A stretch of 64,000 nucleotides of DNA from the human T2T-CHM13v2.0 reference genome, Homo sapiens, in assembly GCF_009914755.1 (NCBI RefSeq), contig NC_060932.1; one strand, given 5' to 3'. The notes beneath the pieces were generated by a model that was not told where the DNA came from, made no database searches, and saw nothing but the letters and a program-made list of their open reading frames with translations. This document shows positions 16,786-31,625 of this stretch, piece by piece (the stretch's first letter is position 1; every line of letters starts with the position of its first letter). A program made the position numbers and the translations under genes.

Positions 16786-17590
16786 AAAAAAGGGGGGGAC
16801 ATAACTTTTTAAAATCTTGGCTTTTGATAGGAATAATGATCTCCACTTTTTTGAGTGTGTGTGCTCTTAGGTTAGAAAATCCTGGGGTGTAAAATAAGAA
16901 AGCCAGCAAATAACCTTGTTTCAATATTTTTCTCACTACCTAGACTGGAAGAGGCAGAGTACTTCTCCTAAGTTCAAACATCAGGTTAGTGGGGGCCAGT
17001 GCTAGAAGCCAGATCTCTGGTTCCCAATCACACCTCTTTTTCAAGCTCCATATTGTATTTCAAATTTGTTATTTATGTAAGATGATTTGCGGTGGGATGA
17101 ATGAGGTCATAAGAGATTTTAGAGCCCCCTTTCAATACTTGTTTTTCCTTAATAACATGCTTTCCAAAATTCAGCAACTGACATCAATTGACATTCTCTA
17201 CTCATTCCAATATTTTAAGGTTGGAAATTGGTTTTGCTGTGTCATAACACTTTGAATTTGCTGTGCTGTGCTATCTGCCCTTACTTCACTGAGCTGGATA
17301 AAAACACTTCCTGTAGCCTACCAGAAAGCTGAAAGCAATGTCTATGCTTGATATCTCTGACATTCTATTCTTTCCTATAAACAAATGTGTTTTGAAGTTT
17401 ATAACTAAAAAGCTTCTGGGTGCTGAGAAATTACCAGGAAAAAAATGTTGCAGAACATGTCATTGCTTTCTATACTAAAGACTTTGTTGCAAAAAACTGA
17501 CAGAAGGAGAAGCAAACATACCTGTCTACCCAAAAGACTAATCAACTAATATGATGATTAATTTAACTGAATCAAATTTATCCAGTAACA

Positions 17591-17900
17591 AGCAGGGTGC
17601 GGTGACTCACGCCTGTAATCTGAGCACTTTGGTAGGCCGAGGCAGGCAGATCACTTGAGGTCAGGAGTTCAAGACCAACCTGGCCAGCATGGTGAAATCT
17701 CATCTCTATTAAAAATACAAAACTTAGCCCTGTGTGGTGGTGCATGCCCTTAGTCCCAGCTACTCAGGAGGCTAAGGCAGAAGAATCGTCTGAACCAAGG
17801 AGGCAGAGGTTGCAGCTAGCCAAGATCATGCCACTGTACTCCAGCCTGGGCGACAGAATGAGACTCTGTCTCAAAATAAATAAATAAATAAATAAATAAC
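17591..17900 (+). mobile_element. AluS with (TAAA)n tail
   Basis: TSD atccagtaacaa. Confidence 0.95.
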
Positions 17901-18093
17901 TAATCCAGTAACAATGTATTGAGTAACCAGTATGTACTACATGCTGAGGAGAAAAAGGAATAAAAGCTGAAATGGGAGAAAAAGGAATGAATGCCAACCC
18001 TGCCACTCACTTGCTGGTTATAGACCTTGGGAAAGGCCCCGTCTTTTGGTCCTTAGCTTCCTCATAGTCATCGAACTATAATTTAAAAACTCA

Positions 18094-18262
18094 GGCTGAG
18101 CACAGTGGTTCATGCTTATGGTGCCAGCGCTTTGGGAGGCTGAGGCAAGAGGATCACTTGAGCCCAGGAGTTTGAGGATGCAGTAAGCCGTGATCATGCC
18201 ACTTCACCCCAGCCTGGGTAACAGAGAGAGACCCTGTCTCAATAAAACAAAACAAAAAAACA
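18094..18262 (+). mobile_element. Free Alu monomer (FRAM/FAM)
   Basis: Single right-arm-type monomer with A-rich tail. Confidence 0.85.
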
Positions 18263-19815
18263 AAAATCAATTCTGTCCTAAATAAGATTAAAAATAATCA
18301 TCAGTAAACACTAACGAACAAAAACTCATTTGCTCCTTTATCCGAAATGACCATCACAAAGACATTGGCAGTGTCACGAGCTCAGGGAAGCCCCCCCTAT
18401 GTATAGGAAACGAAGAAGGAATGAAGCCTGGCTTTGCCTGGTGGCTCTTGTAGGGCATGGGTTCAGGTGAACCCTGGAGCTCTCTGTGCTGATCTCAAAA
18501 GCTACTCTGAACAGTGATGAGTCTGCAGTGCCAGAGCAAAGGGGCTTTATGGGCAGCTCAGTTTCAGGTACACAGTAGTTTCTGGGATTTTAGAAACAAG
18601 ACATCCGATACCAACCACCAGGCAAGAGGAAGCTTTTTTCTGCTTTCCTCCTCTCAAGCTGACCTGAGAGTGGGATGCATCTGTGACCTGTGAGTCAGAG
18701 AACCAGGCTCATTATTTCTGCTCTATAAAAAACCTCCAGAATTCTGATTATTTTCACTGTGCTTTTATACAGTTGACCATAAAATGCCTAAAGAGAACTA
18801 AACCCACGCTAATTCTCAGTACTAAGTGGATGTACTTGATGTCTAAAAAGGAGCATTTTTCTGTGCTCCAGGGTATAATGAGCAGTTCAACATCAAGGTG
18901 AAGGATCAGTGATTAAAGAATCCCAAAATATGTACATTTAATTAGCATTAACTGCAAACTCACCATATCCTACGTAGCACTGATATTAGACCACAAACCG
19001 CAAACAACAGAATAAATAAATCACGAGCAAAGCAACCTGACAACCAACGAACCAATCAACAAAACAGAAAACAAGAAAGGATCAAAACAAAGTTTTAGCA
19101 GATTATATTTAGAGCAAATGTACTGTGACTTAATAACATGGTTACAAAATGAAGCTATTTGAAAAATAAAATCGCTGCCTGTAAAAATATTTTTAATATT
19201 ACAGTTAGGGCTGCCATGGTTACAAATTTAACTAATCTTACAGAAAGTAACATTAGAGTTGCCAAATGAAAGTCAATATGCTTTTGTAATTCTCCTGGGA
19301 ATTACTTTCTGAGGCTTCTTAGTGTTACCAATGCTGAAGTCTTGCTTAATTGATAATTTCCTAGACAGACCTCAGAGTAACTGATAGATGAATGTGATTT
19401 TGTACAGTTGATTTGCTCATTTCTCATATTTTTAAAGAGGGCTCACTAGGCATGAAGCCCTCGGAACCAGAGTCTCAGGCCTGAATTCTGGATCTACTTC
19501 CACTAATTTTGATTTTGAGCTAGTCACATCACCTTTCTGAATGTAAATTCCTTCATTTTTTAAGTTATAGAATGATGTTAGAGCATCTTTAGGTAACTTA
19601 TATTCTCAGATTACCTGATTCCATGCCACACAGAGGTAATTCAATGATTCTCTATAATAGATTGGGCACTACAGAAACTCCATTAACTCTTTCTGGCCAC
19701 AAGACAACCTTGTTGTAAACTGCAACTACCAAATACAGTTAATTGTGCATGTGAGATTCCCATATCAACACTCAATGATAGAAATTATTTTGTTGAAATG
19801 TAGAAACACAACTTA

Positions 19816-20223
<408 letters not shown>

Positions 20224-20610
20224 TCAGCAAGTTTTCTGTCTAATGAAGTAATAATGGCCTACATGATAGCTGTCAGCTCATTCCAAACTAATTTTTTATG
20301 ACTCCTAGGTTAAAGATTAATTTTGCTATTCATTGTATGCTCAATGTCTACTCATTATAAAGTAAAAATCCACCAAATTAGTTTACAAATAGATAATAAA
20401 GTCAATTAATATTCTGTCACCTGGTTACTTGTCAGGCTTATCAATAACATAGGTTTGAGAAATTATTTGCGATAGTATGAAAGTAAGTCTCTCTTTACCC
20501 TAACTTTTTAAATGTAATAATAAATATTACTCTTACAAATAATATAATATAATTTTATTTTACCTGACAGTGGCTAACTTCTCTTCAGAAAAATTTAGCA
20601 AAGGTTTGAT

Positions 20611-21007
<397 letters not shown>

Positions 21008-21041
21008 TCAACTTATTTTTAGACAAAAGGACAATAGCTGA

Positions 21042-21382
<341 letters not shown>

Positions 21383-21904
21383 ATTTATATTTCTTTACCT
21401 TCGTGTATGTAATAACTTCTGTTGCAGGTTATAATAGAAGGTTATCACAGATTCCATTCTGTGACAGACTTTGTAGCTCTTAGTTAATCACATCCTTCAA
21501 ATTTTATTTACACACATGATGCCTAAGAACAAAGGACAAAGAGCTAATCTATACCACCTGTATTTATGATAAATTATGAGGAAAAATGTTTATCTGATAC
21601 TATGCACCAGACACCTCCTAATTCCTTGCTAATTGAACTCTTGCTATCTGAATATGTGTTACATGCTAAAAAGCCTATCAAAATGAAGCAGAAATCCTGC
21701 TATAATGAATCCAGGTGCGCATGTCAGTGGAAACATTGAAATTATGTGCAAGATACATGCAGGTACACACATACACATGCACAAACATATATCTGTATGA
21801 CTGTATATACATACATCAATATCCTGGCTTGGTCTGCTGAGACAGCCTAGAATCAATGAGATCTCAGTAGCAATGAGCTTACACCTAGCACCCAGAAGGT
21901 GATT

Positions 21905-21906
<2 letters not shown>

Positions 21907-21937
<31 letters not shown>

Positions 21938-22219
21938 CCGAGACGGAGTTTCGCTCTTGTTGCCCAGGCTGGAGTGCAATGGCGCGATCTCAGCACCGCA
22001 ACCTCCGCCTCCCGGGTTCAAGCGATTCTCCTGCCTCAGCCTCCCGAGTAGCTGGGATTACAGGCATGCGCCACCACGCCCGGCTAATTTTGTGTTTTTA
22101 GTAGAGATGGGGTTTCTCCATGTCAGTCAGGCTGGTCTCCAACTCCCGACCTCAGGTGATCAGCCCACCTAGGCCTCCCCAAGCGCTGGGATTACAGGCA
22201 TGAGCCACCGCACCTGGCT
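21907..22219 (-). mobile_element. AluSp-like
   Basis: gtttcgctcttgttgccc, gtgcaatggcg, gtttctccatg; TSD gaaggtgatttctt; ~30-nt T tract. Confidence 0.93.
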
Positions 22220-22819
22220 CGGAAGGTGATTTCTTAAAAGCACTGCCTACCCTTTTTTTCTCAAACATCAGGATAAAGACCTGAAATGTATGATTCCATT
22301 TCCCCTTTGCTCCGCAGGTAGACAAAGAATAAATGGAGGCTAAGAAATGCAACGAGGATAACGAGCTCGTAAACAGCAGATGTTTGAATGCAGCTCTATC
22401 TGACTCCAAAGCTCAGCCTGTTCCACACTAGGCCATGATAACCTCTCATGAGTGGAGCTTCTGTCTTGCTTCAAATCAGCATGGATGAACTAATGTTGCT
22501 ACATGTGTTCATTATTTGCTTCACAATCAGCGATTCCTCCCAATATTCATGGGCAATCGCATTATCCTAATGATTATAAAGAATGAGAGGAAGCTAGTAT
22601 AGCAAAAGCTTGTATTTAGAAGTAATTTATATGAGATCTGGCATTTTATTCAGCTTCCAAGATCGCTGAAGCTATTGGATTAAATATGAATCACAAGAAA
22701 GAAATTATGAACTTGGGATAAAGCAGGCTCTTTTCAGAAATCCAACACAGTGAGTAGGATTCAAAATCTTCCTTACTTCTTTTTGAAGCAAGCCATAAGT
22801 CTCACTTAACCTTTCATGG

Positions 22820-23220
22820 ATTTCACGTGAACAAGAAATAGACTTCTGTTAAGTAACCAGGATTTGGGGGTTATGTGTTGCAGTAGTTATCCCTCCATAA
22901 TTAATAGAGAAATTTGTGCCTATAAGTGGAGTGCTGCTTTAACAAAAACCTAAAAGCTTGTCTTAGAGTTCAGGCAGTGGGAGGTGAGGACATTGCCATA
23001 TGAGGATGGAGACCAACAAACTGGAGATCTGTGCTGTGCAGGGCAGAACATTTAATCACTGCCTGTGATAACCCAGAAGGCAGCCTGCTAGCCCGCTGAG
23101 GCAAAGAGGTTGGAAAATAAGAATGTTAGTGGTGAGCGTTGGTCATTACAGGCTGTGATTAGCATAACAGTAGAGGAAAGAGGTAAATTGGCCAATTTTA
23201 AAGCAGAAATAAGAGGGAAT
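22820..23220 (+). mobile_element. MaLR (MLT1-type) LTR end + internal sequence relic
   Basis: gatttgggggttatgtgttgcagtag, then aagtggagtgctgctttaacaaaaacctaaaa internal start. Confidence 0.55.
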
Positions 23221-23549
23221 ACAATTGTGGGTTCCACGTCAGAGGATTCAACCAATGATAGATCAGAAATATTCTTTAAAACCCTCCAAAATAAAAAATA
23301 ACAGTGTAACAATAAAAAGGGATACAAATAAAAAATGATACAGTATAACAACTACTTACATGGCATTTACATTGTATTAGGTATTATAGGTAATATAGGG
23401 ATGATATAGAGATTATTTAAAGTATAAAGGAGGATAGGCATAGGTTATATGAAAATACTATACCATTTTATATCAGGGACTTGAGCAACTGAGAATTTTA
23501 GTATCCTCGGGGGTCCTGGAACTAATCCCCTCACAGATGGACGACTATA
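23220..23549. mobile_element. MER2 (Tigger family) DNA transposon
   Basis: ggattcaaccaa...cagtataacaacta...catttacattgtattaggtattata...gggacttgagca...gggggtcctggaactaatcccc. Confidence 0.88.
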
Positions 23550-24123
23550 GTCTAGAAATGTAGAGCCTTGCAGAGTTGGAAAAGTTGACTATTTCTAGAC
23601 CACAAACAGTAACAAGTAAAACTCGAAGGAAAGATTTTGAATGACAAAGGCTCAGTAATTCCAAGTCTCAACCAGCCTTTATATTAGTATTAACATAGAA
23701 AATATAGAGAGGTGAATTTCCAAGTAAAAAGTTGTTATTTAGGCATAATATATAAGAAGAAGGATTGAAATCCAGGACATAAATATGGATGGTGGTGGCT
23801 TCTAGTATGTCCAGAGAACAAAAGATAAGGTTAAGTTTTTCTTGGGGAAATAGGAGGTGTGTAAATTGTTTGGAAAGAAAGCTTATTGGCATTGGCAAAG
23901 TCTTACAAGGGCTGGCGAGTTTTGATTGGCAAATGTTGGAAGTTGCTGGTAGGACCCGTTATCTTATTTAGTTATGGCCTGATAGCCAAATAAATTAGGA
24001 ATATGCCCTTGAAGTTTTGGATTGGGTTTGTGAGACAGTGTGCCAGGCAAATGTTCTTGTATATGTGCCTAGCTGTGCTCATGTGACTCATGTAGTAAGC
24101 TGTGGTTTAGAAAAATTTCCTGT

Positions 24124-24851
<728 letters not shown>

Positions 24852-25718
24852 TTATCAGGCAAATCATGCATGAGAGTCCTCTCTTGATGGCCTTCTGTAG
24901 CTCCAGTTTGAATCTTACAACTTCTGCATTAGAAAAAATAAACTTTTCTTTTGCTAGGCTACCAAGGTTCTCAAGTTTTCTTCTATCAGTAGTTAATGGA
25001 CCCTTAACTGGTACACATTTATCATATTTAATCTATGGAGCACCCATGCTTCTCAACCAGGAGATGTGTGTCTATAGATATGTTTGAGCGATTCATAGGT
25101 AAGCTCTATAAGAATTGTATCTTAGCTGAATACAATCATTTGAATTTTAGTAGTGTTCTTGCTGTTGTGAGTCTTTGTATTAGTAACACTCAGTGGTTAA
25201 TACTGGAATTGTTTTGATCCCTGATTTTAATATCCAAAATCTTCTGTTCTCTCAATTGCTAAACCTGCTTGCTTTCTCACCAATGACTAAAAAAGTTTAG
25301 CTGCTTAGCAATTTAGTATATTCTGTTTTGGTTTAGAAAAAGAAAGAAAAGACATTTCGGTTGACAAAAATCAGAATCTGCTTATAACCATTTTTTTAAG
25401 TACAAATTATTTTTTAATGGAGTATAGCATCCTTGTATTTGAAAGTAGAATCTTAATGATTAAAAACAGGTAATAGGACAAGTTCTTTCACCTATTCACA
25501 GCTATTCCCAGTTCATTCCATCCAATCCCTGACACAGAGTAGGTGCTTTATAAATAGCAGTTGATGGATAAAGAATTACTGAGAATGTGATAATAAATGT
25601 AAGGAAATCTGAAAGCTAGATTTTCTAAAATATGCCCTCCTCTGCTTTTTCTTTTCTGAGCTAGAACTTATTTAATCCCAAAAATCATGTGAAACACCTT
25701 GTTCCCTTAGGCATCCAA

Positions 25719-27985
25719 TTTTTTTTTTTATTATTGTACTTTAAGTTCTGTGGTACATGTGTAGAACATGCGGGTTTGTTACATAGATATACATGTGCCA
25801 TGGTGGTTTGCTGCACCTATCAAGCTGTCATCCAGGTCTTAAGCCCCGCATGCATTAGGTATTTGTCCTAATGCTCTCCCTCCCCTTGCCCCCAACCCCC
25901 GACAGGCCCCAGTGTGTGATGTTCCCCTCCCTGTGTCCATGTGTTCTCATTGTTCAACTCCCACCTATGAGCGAGAACATGCGGTGTTTGGTTTTCTTTT
26001 CCATGTTAGTTTGCTGAGAATGATTGCTTCCAGCTTCATTCATGTCCCTGCAAAAGACATGAATTCATTATTTTTTATGTCTGCATAGCATTCCATGGTG
26101 TATATGTGCCACATTTTCTTTTTCCAGTCTATCATTAATGAGCATTTGGGTTGGTTCCAAGTGTTTGCTAATGTAAATAGTGCTGCAATAAACATACATG
26201 AGCATGTGTCTTTATAGTAGAATGATTTATAATCCTTTGGGTATATACCCAGTAATGAGATTGCTGGTCAAATGGTATTTCTGGTTCTAGATCTTTGAGG
26301 AACTGCCACACTATCTTCCACAATGGTTGAACGAATTTACACTCCCACCAACAGTGTAAAAGTGTCCCTATTTCTCCACAGGCTCACCAGCATCTATTGT
26401 TTCCTGACTTTTTAATAATTGCCATTCTAACTGGCATAAGATGTGGCTTTGATTTGCATTTCTCTAATGACCAGTGATGAGTGTTTGTTTGTTTGTTTGC
26501 TGACTGCATAAATGTTTCCTTTTGAGAAGTGTCTGCTCATATCCTTCACCCACTTTTTGATGGGGTTGGTTTTTTCTTGTAAATTTGTTTAAGTTCCTTG
26601 GAGATTCTGGATATTAGACCTTTGTCAGATAGGTAGCTTGCAAAAACTTTCCCCCATTCTGTAGGTTGCCTGTTCACTCTGATGATAGTTTCTTTTGCTG
26701 TGCAGAAGCTCTTTAGTTTGATTAGATCCCATTTGTCAATTTTGGCTTTTGTTGCGATTGCTTTTGGTGTTTTAGTCTGAAGTCTTTGCCCATGCCTATT
26801 CCTGAATGGTATTGCCTAGGTTTTCTTCTAGGGTTTTTATGTTTTTGGGTTTTACATGTAAGTCTTTAATCCACCTTGAGTTAATTTTTGTATAAGTTGT
26901 AAGGAAGGGGTCCAGGTTCTGTTTTCTGGATATGGCTAGCCAGTTTTCCCAGCACCATTTATTAAATAGGGAATCCTTTCCCCATTGCTTCTTTTTGTCA
27001 GGTTTGTCAAAAATCAGATGGTTGTAGATAAGTGGTGTTATTTCTGAGGTCTCTGTTCTGTTCCATTGGTCTATATGTCTGTTTTGGTACCAGTACCATG
27101 CTGTTTTTGTTACTATACCCTTGTAGTATAGTTTGAGGTCAGGTAGTGTGATACCTCCAGCTTTGTTCTTTGTGCTTAGGATTGTCTTGGCTATATGCAC
27201 TATTTTTTAGTTCCATATGAAATTTACATTTTTCTAATTCTGCAAAGAAAGTCATTGGTAGCTTAATAGAAATAGCACTGAATCTATAAATTGCTTTGGG
27301 CAGTTTGGCCATTTCCACGATATTGATTCTTCTTATCCATGAGCATGGAATGTTTTTACATTTGTTTGTGTCCTCTCTTATTTCCTTGAGCAGTGGTTTG
27401 AAGTTCACTTTGAAGAGGTCCTTCATGTCCCTTGTAAGTTGTATTCCTAGGTATTTTATTCTCTTTGTAGTAATTGTGAATGGGAGTTCACTCATGATTT
27501 GGCTATCTGCTTGTCTACTGTTGGTGTATAGGAACGCTTGTGGATTTTGCACATTGATTGTGTATCCTGAGAATTTGCTGAAGTTGCTTATCAGTTTAAG
27601 GCGTTTTTGGGCTGAGACCATGGGGTTTTGCAAATACACAGTTATGTCATCTGCAAACAGAGACAATTTGACTTCCTCTCTTCCTATTTGAATAGCCCTT
27701 ATTTCTTTCTCTTGCCTGATTGCCCTGGCCAGAACTTCCAGTACTATGTTGAATAGGAGTGGTGAGAGAGGGCATCCTTGTCTTGTGCCAGTTTTCAAAG
27801 GGAATGCTTCCAGCTTTTGCCTATTCAGTATGACATTGGCTATGGGTTTGTCATAAATAGCTCTTATTATTTTGAGATATGTTCCATCAATACCTAGTTT
27901 ATTGAGAGTTTTTAAGCATGAGGGGATGTTGAATTTTATTGAAGGCTTTTCTGCATCTATTGAGAAAATCATATGGTTTTTGTCA
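25719..27985 (-). mobile_element. 5'-truncated L1PA (PA7/8-like), ~2.3 kb
   Basis: T-tail and 3'UTR (aagccccgcatgcattagg) at left, ORF2 sequence to the right. Confidence 0.96.
26796..27985 (-). pseudogene. Disrupted L1 ORF2p reverse-transcriptase region
   Basis: ORFs contain [47 protein letters not shown]; frameshifted and truncated. Confidence 0.93.
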
Positions 27986-28000
27986 AACACTTGTAAACTA

Positions 28001-28090
28001 TTAGGTTGGTGCAAAAGTAATTGTGGTTTTTCCTGTTACTTTAAATTACTTTTAATGGCAAAAGCCACAATTACTTTTGCACCAACCTAA
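28001..28090. mobile_element. MADE1 (Hsmar1-derived MITE), palindromic
   Basis: TIRs ttaggttggtgcaaaagtaattgtgg / ccacaattacttttgcaccaacctaa with TA duplications. Confidence 0.95.
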
Positions 28091-28322
28091 TAGATTGGGT
28101 AGGCCAGAGGCAAATATGTTAGAAAATAAAATGATAAGAGAACTACAGAATTGAAAAACCATAATTTTTCATTGTAAATTTCATGATTTTGTGGCTCTGG
28201 CGTTGTTGATGAGTAAATATTTTAAAGTAAAACATTTCTATAACAGTCGTTTTGTTCTTCAAATAAATAATAAAAAAGGATCTTCACCTTTCTAACTATG
28301 GTGGTTTCTAAATAGTATGAGA

Positions 28323-28823
28323 TGGCCAAAGTAGGAGGATTGCTTGAGGCCAGGAGTTTGAGACCAGCCTGGGTGGCAGAGCAAGACCCCGTCTCTACAA
28401 AAAAAATATTTTTCTTCTTTTTGAGACATGGTTTCACTCTGTCACCCAGGCTGGAATGCAGTGGTGTGATCATGACTCATTGTAGCCTTGACCTCCTGGG
28501 CTCAAGCAGTCCTCCCACCTCAGCCTCCCCATAGCTGGGACTATAGGCATATGTCACCACACCTGGCTAATTTTTGTATTTTTTTAGAGACAAAGTCTTG
28601 CCATGTTGCCCAGTCTGGTCTCTCACTCCTGGGCTCAAATTATTCACCCCTCCTTGGCCTCTCAAAGTGCTCAGTGTGGTGGCATGTGTCTCTAGTCCCA
28701 GCTATTGGAGTGGCTGAAGCAGGAGGATCACTTGATTCTTCTGCAGTGAGCTATGATCACACTACTTCACTCCAGCCTGGGCGACAGAGCAAGATCCTGT
28801 CTCTAAATAAATACATAAGCAAA
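28323..28823 (+). mobile_element. 5'-truncated AluJ split at its A-rich linker
   Basis: Left arm 28323-28408, right arm 28672-28823; TSD taaatagtatga. Confidence 0.85.
28409..28671 (-). mobile_element. AluJ nested antisense within the preceding Alu
   Basis: Antisense Alu lacking its first ~35 nt. Confidence 0.88.
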
Positions 28824-29083
28824 TAAATAGTATGAAATGAAGAAAAAAGTTGACAAATATATGGTGAATATGATCAATATGAATAGTCAAACTGTCCAAA
28901 AAATCAATTATGAAGTCTAGGTTGTTCCAGAGTATTTTTTAGATATAGACTATGTCTTCATGTTAATAGGTACATAACTAATTCAGACGCATGAATACAA
29001 AAAAATAATAATTTCTGAAATAAAAACTGGTCTTCCTTAGGACAACTGCATTATCAGAATAGTATCAGTTTTTCAGAAGAGCA

Positions 29084-29332
29084 GGTGGAGGCCAAGGCAG
29101 GTGGATCACTTGAGGTCAGGAGTTCAAGACCAGCCTGGACAACATGGCAAAACCCCGTCTCTACTAAAAATACAAAAATTAGCTCAGTATGTTGGCACAC
29201 ACCTGTAATCCCAGCTACTCTGGAGGCTGAAGCAGGAGAATCACTTTAACCTAGGAGGTGGAGGTTGCAGTGAATGGAGATTGTGCCACTGCATTCCAGC
29301 CTGGGCGACAGAGCGAGACTCCGTCTCAAAAA

Positions 29333-29375
<43 letters not shown>

Positions 29376-29396
29376 ATATAAATATAAATAAAAAAA
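29084..29396 (+). mobile_element. 5'-truncated AluS with (TAAA)n tail
   Basis: TSD tttcagaagagca. Confidence 0.94.
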
Positions 29397-29729
29397 TTTC
29401 AGAAGAGCAAATTCTTACTAAAAACAAGTTGTAAGTAATTTTTTTTTGTTACATTTAGCTTTCAAGATGAGTTTCTTTAACAGTTGTGCAGAACTGACGT
29501 ATTCTGTCTGGTCTCAATTTTTTAATGTTGAAGCAGGAGGGCAACCATGGGCCTTAGTGATCCTTGCAGGATCTGAGCACTCCCGCACCAGCCTGCGGTT
29601 TTGTATTGCTCTGAGCCACCTCATCTCTCCCCTGGAGAATGTCAGCCGCTCGTCAGTTGGTCACCTGGATTCTGTCCTTGCCTTCTATATACTGCAGTCT
29701 CCAGAGTGATCCTTTCTGAAAGGAAAGTC

Positions 29730-30760
29730 AAAAACTTAAAAATAGAACTACTGGCCAAGTCCAGTGGCTCATGCTTAGAATCCCAGCACTTTAGGAGGCC
29801 AAGGCAGGAGGACTGCTTGAGGCCAGGAGTTCAAGTCCAGACTGGACAACATAGCAAGACCCCATCTCTAAAAGAAGAATTAACCAGGCATGGCAGCATG
29901 TGCCTGTAATCCCAGGAGGCTGAGGCAGGAGGATTACTTAGGCCCAGGAGTTTGAGGCTGCAGTGAGCTGTGATTTTGTCACCACACTCCATCTTGAGCA
30001 ACATAACAAGACCCTGTCTCAAAAAAAAAAAAAAAAAAAAAAAAGACTACCATATGACCTAGTAATCCTGCTTCTGGGTGATATATCCAAACGAAATAAA
30101 ATCAACACCTCAAAGAGATCTGTGCTCCCATGTTTACTACAGCATGGGTCAAGATAATGGGAACAACCTAAGGGTCTGTTGATGGATGAATGAAGAAAGA
30201 AAATGTAAAAGATCTATGTATGTACCACACATATGTATATACCATACATGTGTATATACCATATTATACAGTATATATATTCTGTACAATGGAATATTAT
30301 TCAGCCTTAAAAATGGAGAGCTTGCCATTTGCAACAACATAGATGAAGCTGGAAGACATTATGCTGAGACAAGCCAGACACAGAAAGAAAAACACTGCAT
30401 GAGCTCACTTACATGTGGAATTTTTAAAAGATGAATACATGGAAGAGGAGAGTAGAATGGTGGTTTCCAGGGTCTGGGGAATGGGGGAAATGGGGAGGTG
30501 TTGGTCAGAGGGTAGAAATTGCATTTACGTAAGATGAATACATCTAGACAGTTGATGAACAGTGTAATGGCCACAGTTAATAATTCTGAACTGCATACTG
30601 GAAATTTGCAAAGAGAATGGATTTCAAACTCTCTCACTACATGCACACAAATGATAGCTATGTAAGGAGATGCTTATGTTAATTTGCTTGACTATAGTAA
30701 TCATTTCAATATGTATATGTGTATCAAAACCTGTTGTACATCTTAAGTATATATAATGTT
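29730..30760 (+). mobile_element. L1MA/MB 3' end
   Basis: aaaaatagaactac|catatgacc.agtaatcc, aagccagacacagaaag, gactatagtaatcatttcaatatgtatat. Confidence 0.88.
29753..30043 (+). mobile_element. AluJ
   Basis: Diverged dimer, inserted near the start of an L1M fragment. Confidence 0.92.
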
Positions 30761-30761
30761 T

Positions 30762-31138
30762 TAAAGTCAGATCACATCATTCGTCTGCTCAAACCCCTTG
30801 AAGGTCTCCGAATTTCCCTTGGAGAAAGCCAAAGACACTCCGGGATATGGACTGCACTTCATTGCCGCTCAGATCTTTTCTCCTCTGCCTTCAGTGCTTG
30901 CTTTTCCTTTCACTGGGATTACTCCCCCAGGTACCCGCGAGGCTGGCATTTGCCTTCAAATCTTAGCTCCAGTATCGGCTCTGCTGCTTCTGCTGGCTAC
31001 TGCATTTAAATGCAGCCTAAGCCAGGTGTGGTGGTGCAGGCCTGGAGTCCCAGCTATTTGGGAGGCTGAGAAGGGAGGAGAGCTTGAGCCCAGGAGTTCA
31101 AGTCCAGCTTGCGCAACATAGCAAGACCCCATCTCTAG

Positions 31139-31177
<39 letters not shown>

Positions 31178-31395
31178 AATGCAATTAGCCCTCACTTCCC
31201 ACCGCTTCCCCCTTCCGATCTCTTCCAGTCTGCTCTTCTTCTTCCAAAGCGTCTATCACCTTTGGACATCCTATATAACTTATTTATTATTGTTTATTGT
31301 GTCTGCCACCCACCACCCTCTACAATATACAGGCCATGAGAGCTGTGATTATTTGTTTTGTTCACTAATGTTCTCCAAGTTTCTAAAAGTGCCTG
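30762..31395 (-). mobile_element. L2 fragment (split by FLAM)
   Basis: aagtcagatcacatcattcgtctgctcaaaccc; ttgttttgttcactaatg...aaagtgcctggc. Confidence 0.7.
31020..31179 (+). mobile_element. FLAM monomer with (TAAA)n tail
   Basis: Single left-arm monomer; TSD-like taaatgca/aaaatgca. Confidence 0.85.
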
Positions 31396-31625
31396 GCCCG
31401 ATTGGGCACAGTGGCTCACGCCTATAATCCCAACACTTTGGGAGGCCAAGGGGAGCAGATGGCTTGAGCCCAGGAGTTTGAGATCAGCCTGAACAACATG
31501 GTGAAAGCCTGTCTCTACTACAAAAAAAAAGACATAAAAATTAGCTGGACCCAGTGGCACATGCCTGTAGTCCCAGGAACTCAAGAGGCTGAAGTGGAGA
31601 ATCAATTCAACCCAAGGGATTGAGG

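Noticed and set aside
26796-28014. 291-aa and 134-aa RT-like ORFs as an active gene
   Set aside because: Frameshifted pieces of a 5'-truncated L1 lacking promoter, ORF1 and endonuclease.
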